A program made the position numbers and the translations under genes. The notes beneath the pieces are model-generated. The model saw only the letters and a list, made by a program, of their open reading frames with translations. It searched no databases and was not told the origin of the DNA. From Octopus vulgaris (lineage: Eukaryota): DNA of 64,000 bases. Positions within the stretch are counted from its first letter, which is position 1, and each line of letters begins with the position of its first letter. The stretch covers positions 42,656,001 through 42,720,000 of the forward strand of contig OX597834.1 of the NCBI GenBank assembly GCA_951406725.2, written 5' to 3'. This document shows, one piece after another, positions 26,992 to 41,129 of the stretch.

Positions 26992-27310
26992 GGAGGCGCA
27001 ATGGCCCAGTGGTTAGGGCAGCGGACTCGCAGTCGGAGGATCGCGGTTTCGATTCCCAGACCGGGCGTTGTGTGTGTCTATTGAGCGAAGATACCTAAAG
27101 CTCCACGAAGCTCCCGCAGGGGGTGGTGGTGGCGAGCCCCTGCTGTACTCTTTCGCCCCAAATTTCTCTCACTCTTTCTTCCTGTTTCTTGAGTAACGCT
27201 GCGATGGACTGGCGTCCCGTCCAGCTGGGGAGGGGGTGACACATACGCCATAGAAACCGGGAAACCGGGGCCCATGAGCCTGGCTAGGCTTGAAAAGGGC
27301 GCAGAAATAT
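26992..27310 (+). mobile_element. SINE-C (tRNA-derived head) with V-SINE-like 3' part
   Basis: A box TGGCCCAGTGG and B box GGTTTCGATTCC; 3' motif ctgcgatggactggcgtcccgtccag (27199-27224). Confidence 0.8.
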
Positions 27311-27356
27311 AAAGTAAAAAAATTATCATCATTAGCTAGGAAAAGATGAATACTAA

Positions 27357-27523
27357 GACTGTGGCCATGCTGGAGCACCGCCTTTAGTCGAGCAAATCGA
27401 CCCCAGGACATTCTTTGTAAGCCTAGTACTTATTCTATTGGTTTCTTTTGCCGAACCGCTAAGTTACAGGGACATAAACACACCAGCATCGGTTGTCAAG
27501 CGATGTTGGTGGGGACAAACAGT

Positions 27524-27563
<40 letters not shown>

Positions 27564-27739
27564 TATGCATATATACAACGGGCTTCTTTCAGTTTCCGTC
27601 TACCAAATCTACTCACAAGACTTTGGTCGGCCCGAGGCTATAGTAGAAGACACTTGGCCAAAATGTCACGCAGTGGGACTGAACCCGAAACCATGTGGCT
27701 GGTAAGCAAGCTACTTACCACACAGCCACTCCCGCGCCT
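27357..27739 (-). mobile_element. SINE-A copy
   Basis: Reverse complement of consensus, with internal (CA)n. Confidence 0.9.
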
Positions 27740-27959
27740 TTATTTTTCTCTTTTTAATCAGAGGGCAGGAAATTTTGGCTGCTGACCATAACGAAAGCTA
27801 TTTTGAAGAAGACAAGAGGATCGAGGAAGGAGATTTCCCTCTCCAATCACGTCCTCATTCAAATTTTTAAAGTTCAACTTTAGGTGGGAACTGAACATGG
27901 TGAGAGAAAGTCCCTATGTCAGTAAATTTGCTGATAACAATCAGTAAAAGGAGTGAGTA

Positions 27960-28200
27960 GGGCCTGAATGAATCAACAAGTGCCGGCTTCACCCACGTAA
28001 CCGCAAATCACTGTACATGGATTAGGCCCACGTGGGGGGCATTTCGAAGAAATATTATTGGCACAGATATAGAAATGGTTAAGAAGATAGTTACGCAACC
28101 ACGTTTCTAGATTTGAAAACAAAATAGGGTACCGTGTATAGAGTACAGGGGTATTTTGCAGCAATCTCGCAACCTCGGCTTTGATTGATGGAATTCCGTT
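27960..28200 (+). pseudogene. Possible decayed Gypsy integrase zinc-binding region
   Basis: One frame reads HGLGPRGGHFEEILLAQI*KWLRR*LRNHVSRF, loosely like 'H....GGH.G...T...I...YWW..LR.DV..FV'; contains stops. Confidence 0.25.
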
Positions 28201-28274
28201 GGTAGAGGAATTCAGTGAACGATAACTTTGTGGAAACATTGGATGTGTGTGTGTATGCCTATATATATGCAAGG

Positions 28275-28320
<46 letters not shown>

Positions 28321-28395
28321 TATACAGGGGTGTGTATATACGAATATATATAATGTATAGATGTGTATGTGTATGTATATATAGAGAAGACTATA

Positions 28396-28437
<42 letters not shown>

Positions 28438-28991
28438 TACATATATATATACACACATACATGTGTGTGTGATCTGTGTGTGTGTATACATATATATATA
28501 TATATATATATATAGGGCAGCAAATTTTCACAAGCTGTTACAATTATCTTGATCTGCCTTTAATCTCATTATATTGATCAGTTTCAATGTCACTATTGAA
28601 AACAGTTAATATATTTTTGCTAGTATCACACTTCTGTTAAATATTCTTAAGGTAGGTCATACATACATACACACACACACACAAGTATATAATCGCATAC
28701 TTCAACGCACTGCACATTTTCTTTAACCTTATCTTCAACGTCCACGAGTGATACATACACACATTGTTATACTCGGGGACGGTCATGATTTGCCAATTAA
28801 ACACACGCACTGTTTTTCTGGTCTTCACTTCAGTTTTTTTATCCTCGTTTTTGACAGACATACTGTCAAAAATTAATAATAAAACTAAGTGAAATTCAGA
28901 TAAACAGTGCGTGTTCAAATGTCAAAGTATGGTCATCCTTAACGTCTAACAATATCTGTTTAAACACGCGTTTTCGCATAAAAAGTCTTGC

Positions 28992-29375
28992 AGGCGTAGG
29001 AGTGGCTGTGTGGTAAGTAGCTTACTTCCCAACCACATGGTTCCGGGTTCAGTCCCACTGCGTGACACCTTGGGCAAGTGTCTTCTACTATAGCCTCAGG
29101 CCGACCAAAGCCTTGTGAGTGGATTTGGTAGACGGAAACTGAAAGAAGCCCGTCGTATATATGTATATATATGTGTGTGTGCGTGTGTTTGTGTACCCGT
29201 TTGTCTCACTAACCGATGCTGGTGTGTTTACGTCCCTGTAACTTAGCGGTTCGGCAAAAGCGACCGATAGAATAAGTACTAAGCTTACAAAGAATAAGTC
29301 ATGGGGTCTATTTGTTCGACTAAAGGCGGCGCTCCAGCATGGCCACAGTCAAATGACTGAAACAAAGTACAAGAG
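28992..29375 (+). mobile_element. SINE-A copy, full length
   Basis: ggcgtaggagtggctgtgtgg...ggttcagtccc...gacaccttgggcaagtgtc...gactgaaacaaag. Confidence 0.9.
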
Positions 29376-29406
<31 letters not shown>

Positions 29407-29789
29407 TGAAAAAAAAATTGGTTAAAGAGTTGTTTAAATATGAAGTATGCATAACGAGTAGAAATAACTTGAAAGCAAACAATTACAGAAATATCTCGCA
29501 AAAATATTTTTTAACCGAATACTAGACGTCGCGAATATGAATAAAATACCTGAGAGATATGTGAGAAGCTATATGTTACAGGTAAAATAAATTGCAAGTT
29601 ATATATCAAACGTTAGATATAGCGAAATGTAATATGAAGTTTAAAATAATGGTAGGAAAACATAAACGTGAATCGTAATTGGGAATCTATAAAATTTCAA
29701 AGAATGTAGATGTTTATTTCTATAAAATGTGTAATTAAAAAACTGAAATGGAGTTATTTAGAAAATTTCTGTTTTCTCTCTATTCTGTT

Positions 29790-29831
29790 TGTATATATAT
29801 ATATATATATATGTGTGTGTATATATATATA

Positions 29832-29862
<31 letters not shown>

Positions 29863-29903
29863 GTGTATATATATATATATATATGTGTATATATATATAT
29901 ATA

Positions 29904-29992
<89 letters not shown>

Positions 29993-30295
29993 ATATATGT
30001 GTGTGTGTGTATATATGTGTGTGTGTGTGTATATATGTGTGTGTGTGTGTGTATATATGTGTGTGTGTGTGTATATATATATATGTGTGTGTGTGTATAT
30101 ATATATATATGTGTGTGTGTATATATATATATGTGTGTGTATATATATATATGTGTGTGTGTGTATATATATGTGTGTGTGTGTGTGTATATATATGTGT
30201 GTGTGCGTGTGTGTATATATATGTGTGTGTGCGTGTGTATATATATATATGTGTGTGTGCGTGTATATATGTATATATATATGTGTGTGTGCGTG

Positions 30296-30330
<35 letters not shown>

Positions 30331-30355
30331 ATATATTTATATATATATATATATG
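29790..30355. repeat. Compound (TA)n/(TG)n microsatellite (similar at 14950-15210, 26255-26600, 39880-40170, 54090-54430)
   Basis: Directly visible; source of the long YI/CV/HT pseudo-ORFs. Confidence 0.95.
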
Positions 30356-31694
30356 GGGGGGGGTGCGTATATTCATTTAACTGTGTCTTCTCTGTCAGTC
30401 TATCTATCTTTCGATACACACACACACATATATAATGTGTGTTTGCGTGTGTTGACTGATTTTAACGGCCTTGACTCTGCCCAAGGTTATCTCTCTTCCG
30501 TATTTCCTATTGGGAGGGTAAAAAGCCAGAACTGGGCATTTATGAATCCGCTAGGGGGCAGCATTGGACAAGTATGTGTTTTTACAGCTTCTACCATAAG
30601 AGAACGTTATCTCCGCAGTAGCTGCAATGAATTTGCTATTAGAACTTAAAATACATCACAAACATATTTTAAGTAACTCGTGTATATATATATATATATA
30701 TTTACGCTAACACGCACTACTCTCACTCATATAACACTCTCTCCGTTTAGAACTATGCGGAATATGTACATTGTACACTAAGTAAATAACAAAATCAATG
30801 CATTATAGAAGTCACAAATATAAAACGATAGTAACAGAATAAGGTTGATGTATGAAAACGAAAGTGAAAGTAATGCAGCGGCACTTCACTTATTTGTGAA
30901 GGTGATGCAGAAGGAAATGGACTGAAGAGATGTATTAAAGAGAATCGGAAAGGCATCGGGGGTGAGGCACGGGGTTGTGAATAAATCCTCATAACACAAT
31001 GTCAGGTGAATCACTCATGAAAAATACAGTATTTTTCTTTGGCTTTTGTTGTTGTTGTTGTTGTTTTGTTCCTATATATTTTATTTTCGCTTCCGTCAGT
31101 AACCAGCGTCCCCGCCCCCCGTAATATATATTTTTTAACGTTATTATTGTTTGGAAAATTCGTAACGTTTTTATATTTTTATATTATTGGAAGGAGTGAT
31201 AAAATCTTTAGCGCTTCTGACATGATTGCTTTGTTATATTTCGGTTCTGCTCTACAACATTGGAGTTCAAATCCCTCAGATGTCAACATGCTTTTTTCAT
31301 TCTCACGTTGTCAATAAAAGTACCAGTCATATACTGGAGAACATGTAATTGACTATATCCCTCCTACTTAAAACTGTTGCCCTTTTGCAAAAATTTGAAA
31401 GAATGATTCATATAGTCATAGCTGTATGATAACAACCTTGCTTCCCAACCACATTGTTCTGGGTTCACTCCCACTGCGTGACACCTACGCTAATGGTGTT
31501 CCAGCATGGTCGTAGGCAAACGCCTGAAACAAGTAAAAGAATAACAGAATAACCTAATTACTACTATTCTTATTGTCGTCTACATGTAATAATCATTAAA
31601 TGCAATCGGAAGATGGCGCAGCGTTTAAGGTTGAAAACGAAACAAATTACATTCTGCTCATTATGTCCTCTATAAAATATTCCAGCAGAGTCAA

Positions 31695-31992
31695 GGCGTG
31701 TAGCTTAGTGGTTACGGGTATTCGGTTCTAAGCCGTAAGGTGATGAGTTCGATACCCAAGAGCGTGTTGTGTCCTTGAGCAAGACACTTTCTTTCTCGTT
31801 GCTCCAGTTCATTCATCTGGCAAAAATGAGTTTCACCTTTATTTGAAAGGGGGGGCCAGCCTTGTCATATTCTGTGTTACGCTGAACCTCCGAGAGAACT
31901 ACGTTAAGGGTACGCGTGTCTGTGGAATCAAACGCTGTTCCTTCGAATTTGATCAACTGGAGCCATCGTCGTCGTATCCGACGGAGTACCGG
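31695..31992 (+). mobile_element. SINE-D (tRNA head, CORE domain, D tail); second copy at 40661-40935
   Basis: A/B boxes; CORE-like gttgtgtccttgagcaagacacttt (31766-31790). Confidence 0.8.
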
Positions 31993-32129
31993 TTTATTCA
32001 AATGGATATAATAAAAAATCTGAGGACAAGTTGTACTTAATAGTTAATTGGAAGTTGGATCTACACGGATTTACATGGAGTTCTATGTAACAGTTAACTG
32101 TTCTACTATCTCATTCAAAAGAGCAACGT

Positions 32130-32175
<46 letters not shown>

Positions 32176-32539
32176 CTAATATGTGTAAATATATATAATA
32201 TATACATGTATGTATATTATGGAATATGTATATATTTCTACTAGTAAATATATACGTATTTCCCATCACGTTCAACTGGTTGTTTAGTTATTTAATTTCG
32301 TACGGTCATTTAATTGTTTTTCACAGAAAAGGAAAGGAAATCTTAGATATTTGACAGCAAAATAAAATCTTTTTCATATCGGTAGATACAATTCGAAGTA
32401 AGCACTATATAAGGAGTCTGCAATGAGGGAGGAAACTAGTCGGGTGCAGTCTCACATTTAGTTGTCCAGATTTTCATTGCAAGAACAAATTATATCAATC
32501 ATATACATACATACATTTACGCTAGAATATGTACATGTA

Positions 32540-32587
<48 letters not shown>

Positions 32588-32679
32588 GTACGTACCTTTA
32601 TAGAAATGTATACGCACATGTATACAGATTACATACCTACATTTATCTGCGAATACACACACACACACATATCCATATA

Positions 32680-33115
32680 TACTTGTTTATAAATATATAT
32701 GTACATATATATTCATATTTTCACATGCACACACATACACATATATGAATATATAGTTGTTTGTGTGTGTGTGTATATATATATATGTATATATATACTT
32801 GTTTTCATATATATATATTACATATATATATATGCGTGTATATATGTACTTGTTTATATATGTGTGTGTGTGTGTATATACTTGTTTATATATGTGTGTG
32901 TGTGTGTATATACTTGTTTATATATTTATGTGTGTGTATATTTACTTGTTTATGTGTGTATATGTACTTGTTTATATATGTGTGTGTATATGTGCTTGTT
33001 TATATATGTGTGTGTGCGTATGTACTTGTTTATATATATATATATATATGTGTGTGTGCGCATACTTGTTTATATATATATATATATATAGTATATACTT
33101 GTTTATATATACCTA
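32680..33115. repeat. Minisatellite of tacttgttta + (TA)n(TG)n units
   Basis: tacttgttt (or tgcttgttt) recurs about 10 times, separated by variable dinucleotide runs. Confidence 0.8.
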
Positions 33116-33179
33116 TACATATCACATATATATATATATATATGCGATACTATACATGATAAATACATGCATTCATATG

Positions 33180-33217
<38 letters not shown>

Positions 33218-33269
33218 CGTATGTTTGTACTATCTTTGTGTGTACATGTATTCGGTGTTTATTCCCCAT

Positions 33270-33650
33270 TAAGACTATCCGAAAACAAATTAATTAGAAG
33301 TACAAGATTAATACAAAAATATGGAAAGAGAAAATTCAAACACTTGAAAACAAAATCAAACCAAAGCAGAAGAGACGGAAACATGAAGGAGATGTGTTCA
33401 ATGCAGAAGGATAGGTTGGGTTGAGTGGAAATTGTGTTGTGCCAGGAAATCTTGAGAATCCGAAAGAAATGTCTTGGGACTTCAATCATTTGAAACATGA
33501 AACGCTCTTTTATTATTTTGACGTCTACCAATCTGTACAAAACAACATCGCAAGGAAGAAAGAAATAGCGCTAAAGTGCCTCTTTAAAGATGTAGTGCTG
33601 TCAGCTGCCTAGAATAAGAATAACAATAATAATAATAATAATAATCATGC
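33270..33650 (+). pseudogene. Highly decayed R2/R4-group LINE fragment
   Basis: PGNLENPKEMSWDFN resembles the 'VLEN...ILWDF' motif preceding the RLE domain; followed by (aat)n. Confidence 0.3.
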
Positions 33651-33865
33651 CCTAAGTGTCGGTAAGACATTCGGCAAGATATGCAAACAAAATTGAGTAG
33701 GAGAAAAATCTAAGAATAATAATAATTGGGACGAATTCTTTTATTGGACCCAAGTGCGAAAACAACGTGGACGGTAAAAACATGAAATGCATTTAAAACT
33801 CTAAACTGTAAACAGTTAGGAATTTCTATCGATAAACAAGGTGAGATCAACAAAATAACAGTTAC

Positions 33866-33912
<47 letters not shown>

Positions 33913-35231
33913 AATAATAAGTGCTGTAGAATACTAATTTTGACACCACTGAAGCATACTAGCCAAATGCTCTTCAAAATCTGAATAGCTCAATTTTGAT
34001 AAAGAAACTTCGTATATGCTAAGAGTTAAACGTTATTATTATTATTATTATTATTATTTTATTTATCTATTTTATTTTATTTTAAAGTAAATATGTCTAG
34101 ACCATCAGAATGATGGAACAAGAGAACATCCTTATGTTAGGTTATTAGAATACCTGATCGAATAACAACCAAAAACATGTTGAGGTTGTAGGCTCAATCC
34201 TTATCTACCAGCTCGCCTCCTTTCTTCTCTTGTCGATATTACTGTGAAGGCTTTATAAATCTATTTACAAATTTCACAAACAGCCATTTTTGCTAATTCA
34301 CGTAGGATTCGTAAATGTTTATATATTTACTACTATGAAATTATGGTTTCCAAATGTAATGGTAGAGTTGGTGGACGTTGGTGTAATCGGTCAACACACT
34401 TATCGCGAAAATAAGAGGTGTGAGTTCGATTCCGAAGTGTGCTATTGCCACCATATTTCGTTACTGGTTTTATATGCCCTAGTGTTAGACTATTTTCGTT
34501 CCCACTCCACAAACAAACAAGCACATACATACACGCTCACACACACACAGAATGCATTAGTGCGTGATTTATTTTGGCTCCTAGTTTTAGCGGGTGCGTG
34601 TGTGTGTGTGTGTGTGTGTGTGCCGTTAGCAATAATACTAAATTTACTGTATCAGTTTACAATACTCATTCAATTATTATTACTAAGCTTGAAGTAACTT
34701 CCTTGAGTAAAATTAGATTTATAAAACTGGATAACACGTATTTATTTTCTTCAGTTTTAAATAGAACATATTAGGTTGTATTTATTTATTTTTTTATCCA
34801 ATAAAATTAGCTTTAATTAATTTGCTAATAATCCTTGCTATGCTAGCAGTTCCTCAGAGAGTATCATGAAAGAGCATTTCGAAATATTTGCTGTTTTAGA
34901 GAAGAAATTAATTTACTTAAATACGTTTATATTTATTTCAATGCAATTTAGAGGTTCATAGAATATTTTCTGAAGAATTTCTGCTTCGGCTTCATTTCGT
35001 AATTCCACAAATTTAGCAGGTCTTGGAAATAGTTTCTTAAATCTATGTATTTTATTTCAAGGAGAAAGAGCAGGCAATGAGCGCCGTAAAGACAGAGAGA
35101 GAGGCAGAAAAATAAACAGGGTGACATGTAATAAATATTCCAGGGATGGAAATTGTGTGTGTGTGTGAGAGAGGGAGAGAGACAGCAAGCAAGAGATCGA
35201 GTTGTGGAGATATAGGTCGAGAGAAGCCGTT

Positions 35232-35265
<34 letters not shown>

Positions 35266-35266
<1 letters not shown>

Positions 35267-35447
35267 TGGGAGAATTCACGGAAAAACAAAAGACGAAGAC
35301 AGGTGGTGTAGAAAACAAAGAGATGTTTGTTTTCGGGAATTGAAAAAGTCTTTAACGTTTCGAGCCTACGCTCTTCCACAAAAAGGAACACAGAAAAAAA
35401 CAAGGAGAGAAAAAATGTGTGTAGTAGCTACCGATCTATCATGGCGA
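35266..35447 (-). mobile_element. Family H2 copy, degenerate hammerhead-like motif
   Basis: Minus strand reads TTGTGGA-A-GAGC-GTAG-GCTC-GAAACGTTAAAGAC, with the cleavage segment deleted; (TA)n on both sides. Confidence 0.6.
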
Positions 35448-36166
35448 ATATATATATATATATATACACAACACACACACACACTCATATGTATGTCTAT
35501 CTGGCACTCGATATAAAGAATGAAAGAAAGACTTCCCAATCACACGGTTCTGGGTTCAATCATACTGCGTGGCACCTTGGAAAAGTGTCTTCTATAAACT
35601 CAGGTTGACCAAAGCCTTGTCAGTGAATTTGGTGGAGGGAACTCAAAGAAGCCCGTCATATATATGTTTGTGCATGTGTCCCCCACCATCGCTTGACAAC
35701 CGATGTTGGTGTGTTTACGTCTCCGTAACTTAGCGGTTCGGCAAAAGAGACGTATAAAGAGATTGATAGACTAAGTGCCAGGCTTCCGAAGTCAGTACTG
35801 GTGCAGAAAATAAAGCTTTCCCACAAGCTCAAAATATTTAAAAATCTTATATACATTTAAAGTAGTGTATATATATATACATATGTGTGTGTGTGTGCCC
35901 CGAAATTTTGAAAGGTAATGGTGTCAATAAGACCCAAAGGTGTCAGGTAATGCTGAGTAAGTGCTTTGGATAGACCATTGTTAAGCTCCAGGTTCGGTGA
36001 TTATGCAAACAAGGTATTGGAATCTTATATGTATACCATTCTGCTTAAATAATGGATCTACAGATGCAATATCTCTGTATATCTCACTTCAGTTTTCATT
36101 CCTCCACCACACTCTCTATTTCGTATCTTATCTAAATTAACTATTGCTTAACCATTTTCTCACACC

Positions 36167-36214
36167 GTCTCCGATGAAGGGATATAATAAATATCCTGGA
36201 AACAGCTGTAAGAC
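36167..36214 (+). ncRNA. Minimal type-I hammerhead-like motif (U4C variant)
   Basis: GTCT / CCGATGA / a-GGGATAT-aataa-ATATCCT-g / GAA / palindromic stem III ACAGCTGT / A17 (GTA) / AGAC. Stem I GTCT:AGAC is perfect. Confidence 0.6.
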
Positions 36215-36568
36215 CTATTTTTAAATGTTCTAAAATTTTCACAGCTTCGTTTTTTTATATCATTCTGAAATTGTTTTTTTTATATAAGTACCTAAGTATA
36301 TATATCTATGTGTATATGCTCTCCAATAAATAAAATCACATACACATACATATACAAACACACCACCATATTGCTTTCAATCCTCCGCTTATTTTGAACT
36401 AATTTTTAGCACTTTTAGTGCAAAATTTGTCAAAATTAGTTGAATAGAGGTGTGTATTACGAAACATCTGTATTGAAATACACACGCATCTATAACATGA
36501 GCAACACATACAAACACATATTATGGTGTGTGCGGGTTTGTGTGTTGTAGAGTATGTGAGTGTGTATG

Positions 36569-36599
<31 letters not shown>

Positions 36600-38787
36600 G
36601 ATCCTTTGTATTCCTATAAAGAACATAATAGAATTTTCAGCATTTTTAATGGAGTGAAAAGTAAAGAAAGAAAGGAAGAGAGAGGGTGAACAATACATGT
36701 AAGAACAACAGAATAGAAATATTATTTAGGAAAATGGCCAGCGGGAAGGCGTAATATAGCAGGGGAAAACAAAGAAAACATGTGATAATACGAAGAAAGA
36801 AAATATTAATTGAGTAAAATAAATTTTGTACATATGTCTAATGAGATTTCATTGTTGAATTTGTTTTAAACAACAAATAGTATGAATTTGTGCGTGACGA
36901 TGGGCGATATATATTATGAGTCATTAATAAGTCTGAAATATTTAATTGACGGCTTCCAAATGACCAATAGGCATTGAGTGAAACAAATAAGCGCAATCGA
37001 AAAGAATATAGTTTTATTTCGAATACAAACATAGTTTGTAAATAATGCAGTTTGTCATTTCATTTATTGCTTTTTGCTACGTTATCATATTTGCTTTCAA
37101 TATTTTAAACCTGAGTCTCCGAGCGTGCGTGCGAGTATGTGCATATATATATATATATATAATGTATGTATGAATAGGGAACTTTTAGTTGCTTAAGACT
37201 ACCTGGATGAGAAATTCCCTGTGCTATGTCGTTTGGAGTTCGAACCTGCATGGTACATAATTCAAGATCATTTTTTTTTTTGAAAGAATCAAATCTACCG
37301 GTATTATATTTACTCATTTACTTGTTTCAGTCATTTGACTGCGGTCATGCTGGAGCACCGCCTTTAGTCGAGCAAATCGACCCCCCAGGACTTATTCTTT
37401 GTAAAACTATCGGTCCCTTTTGCCGAACCGCTAAGTTACGGGGTCGCAAACACACCAGCATCGGTTGTCAAGCGATGTTGGGGGAACAAACACAGACACA
37501 CAAACACACGCACACATATATATATATACACGTATGTTAATGTGAATGTTTATATACGTGCGTATACGCATATATGTTCACATACATATGTTTATTTATA
37601 TATACATGTATGTTAATGTTTATATATGTAGCTATCCATGCATATACGTATACATATATATATTCGTATGTATGTATATAGATGTATGTGTTTATGTATA
37701 TACATGTGTGCTTATCTGTATATGTTTATGCATGTATCTATACATATACAGATTAACACATCTATATACATAAACACATACATGTCTATATATACATATA
37801 TATATGTGTGTGTGTACAGAGATGTTAAATTGTATATATATATACATACATACATATATCTATATATCCATATCTCTATAAATGCATATACGATGCGTTT
37901 ATATATATATATATATATATATATTTGTATATAATGTTTGTATCCTCAAAATTCTTTTATCTGTAATAACTGATAAATTTATGAGTCTGTATCGTTTAGT
38001 AAATCTATGAGATCCTCTCTTTATGGATTGGTATTTGTCCATTCTTCACTCAAATATCAGCTTTGTCATGGTGCATGGTTCTATTACGCTCTTCACATAA
38101 TGGTTCCAAGAGTATTCTTTACATAAAGAGATACAATAGTATTCTTGCATCCATTATATTTTTCAATACTTCCACTGGTTTATTATCTCCTTGCCATTTG
38201 AAAAGGACTTGTTAAAAAAAAATTGTGTGCTTTTGGTGAAAGCTGGTTGTGTGTGTAGTCAGGGTTTCATTTACAATATTATTGAAAGGTTTGGTCTGTG
38301 ATATTTGGTGGCTGTCCAACTAGGTTAGACTAGTGCTCTTACCATTTTTTGAAATGACAATGACTGTGCCTGTCCTAAACTAAGCGCTTAAGAAAATCAC
38401 TCTGGAGCTTCGTCGTTTCGCATCCAGTCCCACTACACAGCACCATAGCAATATTAATGACATTCTAAAATATTTCTGTCAGATACCTCTGTTACGATCC
38501 GTCTGTGTTTTCCCAAATCTTTTCTCTTATAATTAAATATACATCCATACATCCATCATGATTATTATGATGATGGTGTTCATGATCATGATCATCATCG
38601 TAAGTTTGAAGTTCATGTTGGTACGAGTCTACTTTGACCCAGTTCCCACGGCTTGATCCGCTTCCTTACGCTAACCACATTCTAGCGTGAACTGGGTGCA
38701 TTTTTCGTGGCACTAACGCTGTTAAGGCCCCCACGCAGGCACCGTGATCAAAGATCTCTTTTTATTTATATTTATATATATATTCAT

Positions 38788-39175
38788 TCTTTTACTTATT
38801 TCAGTTAGTTTGACTGCAGCAATGCTGGAGGACCGCCTTTAGTCCAACAAATCGACCCCATGACTTATTCTTTGTAAACCTACTGCTTATTGTATCGATC
38901 GCTTTTGCCGAACCGCTAAGTGACGGGAACATAAACACAGCAACTTCAATTGACAAGCGACAGTGGGTTTGGGGTCACAAACACACACACAGACACATAT
39001 GTATGTATATATACGATGGATTCTTTCAGTTTCCGTCTACCAAATTTGCTCACAAGGCTTTGGTCGGCTCGAGACTATAGTAGAAGACACTTACCCAAGA
39101 TACTATGCAGTGGGACGGAACCCGGAACCATGTGGTTGATAAGCAAGCTACTTACCACACAGTCACTCCTGTGCT
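38788..39175 (-). mobile_element. SINE-A copy
   Basis: Reverse complement of consensus. Further partial copies lie near 7900, 8590, 14285, 23110, 25035, 25305, 31415, 35530, 37318 and 59905. Confidence 0.85.
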
Positions 39176-39884
39176 TATACATATATATTACACACACACG
39201 CGCACACACATTCATGCACACACATATACTCCTTTATGGGAAACCGCTTTACATACATAATGCAGGTATATTCTAAAAAAAAAAGCACGTGTGCGCTAAT
39301 GTAACTATAATTTTATACGTATTAAAAAAGATATGTATTGTAAAAGAAGAGAAACCTGTTCGGATTAAACAACGGCCATAACTACAAAAGCATCAACACC
39401 GGCAATACCAGGGAAAAAAATTAGCAAAGACGTCTAAATTATGGAATTAAATCTAAATGAAAAAAAAAAAAGAAATAGCGGTAATTGTGTTGCCCCCAAG
39501 GTCATAAAAGATTTAAGGGCCTCAAGACGATATCGAGAGGATTATAGAGAAGGAAAGAAGCCATAGTGTTAGTCTAGAATTTATCGTCACTCAAAGATTA
39601 TTTCAAACAGTTCTTCAAAGAGATTTCTATGGTTTCCTCAATTACAAAATTTTATTTATTTTTCCAATCTTTGGTTAAAAGTATTTCATGTTAATAGGAA
39701 GAGGTAGATGTTAGGCAATTCATCATCATCTGGGCAGAGATTACATCTTATAACTTCTTCTTCTTTTGTCTATCTATCTGTCTGTCTGTCTGTCTATCTA
39801 TGTTTAGCTTTCTGTCTGTCATTCCTTCTCGCTTTCTCTCACCACTAACAACTTAATTTCTCATGCTTAGAATTCACACACACA

Positions 39885-39922
<38 letters not shown>

Positions 39923-40129
39923 TACATATATACACATACACACACATAAATACATATATATATATATATATACATACACTTACACATATATATATATATA
40001 TATACACACATATATATATACACACACATATATATATACACATATATACACGAATATATATATATATATATACACATATATATACACACACACATATATA
40101 TACGCACACGCACACACACATATATATAT

Positions 40130-40169
<40 letters not shown>

Positions 40170-41129
40170 GTTATACACATATTCCGTGTATGCTTCTCTT
40201 TTCGCCCTACGTCTATATGCATCACTCGATTCGGCTCGAAACCCCTATTTCATTTCACCGCACATAATTTATTATTTCACACCATCATAATTTCCGCATA
40301 TTGCTTGGAAAGCTTCATCTAAGAGGAATAACGTTGAGTGTGTGCATGCGCGCGATTTTCTATCAGTTTTTTTTTTTTTTTCTGTTTTCAGGAATAAAAT
40401 CCCTAAACCCATCCGTTACCCATGTTTCTAGGCTTTCACAACATCAGGATGTAAATTATACAACTTCCTTTTTTGCCATGTTAAACAATTGATTTAACGT
40501 TTTGTTTCTTTGGCCAACTTTTGAAATTTGATCCTTGGATGTATACGTCATAAATCACGTGTTTTCTTTTTGAAATTTCTATTTTCTATGTCGTATACGT
40601 GGATATTTCAGCGCTGTGCTATGAGTAATGCTCTCATCATTAATAAAGTATTTATGAAAAGGCATGGTTTAGTAGTTATGGCATTTGGCTCATGGTCACA
40701 AGGTCTTGAGTTCGATACACGGTAACACGTTGTGACCTTGAGGAAGACACTATTTTCCCGCTGCTCCATTTTACTCGGCTGCCAAAATTGAGAAGCCCCT
40801 GTAATTCAAAGGGCCAGCCTTATCACACTCGGTGTCATGCTGAACCTCTTTGAGAACTTGCGTTAAGGGTACGCGCGTCTATGGAGTACTCAGTCACTTG
40901 CACGCTAATTTCCGTTACTTGGATCAGCTGGAACACAAATTAAAAGAAACCTGGACCCTCAAGTGTCATGTTGGGCCCCGGTTGAAAACCACTGTTTGAA
41001 TTAGTCATGAATTAGTGAATAATAAGTGTATGAATATCAGAGAAGACTTGAAATATCAAAAAACTATTTCAGCAAATGAAAACAGAATAATCTTAATTCT
41101 AATTCTCTTTTTTTTCTTTCTTATTGCAG

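Noticed and set aside
26992-27065. tRNA-like sequence with A and B boxes
   Set aside because: It continues into a repeated SINE body and lacks a proper cloverleaf acceptor stem; it is a SINE head, not a tRNA gene.
27438-27785. Recurrent peptide RASFSFRLPNPLTRLWSARGYSRRHL in several ORFs
   Set aside because: Antisense translation of SINE-A; it recurs because the repeat recurs.
29710-30649. Long ORFs (up to 286 aa) rich in YI/CV/HT, and similar ones at 85-894, 14807-15368, 26151-26652, 32699-33272, 39867-40290, 53914-54370
   Set aside because: Translations of dinucleotide microsatellites that lack stop codons; no domain structure or splice context.
30922-30957. CTGAAGA...GAAA hammerhead-like spacing
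   Set aside because: Stem II is only 3 bp with an offset, and there is no valid stem III or stem I.
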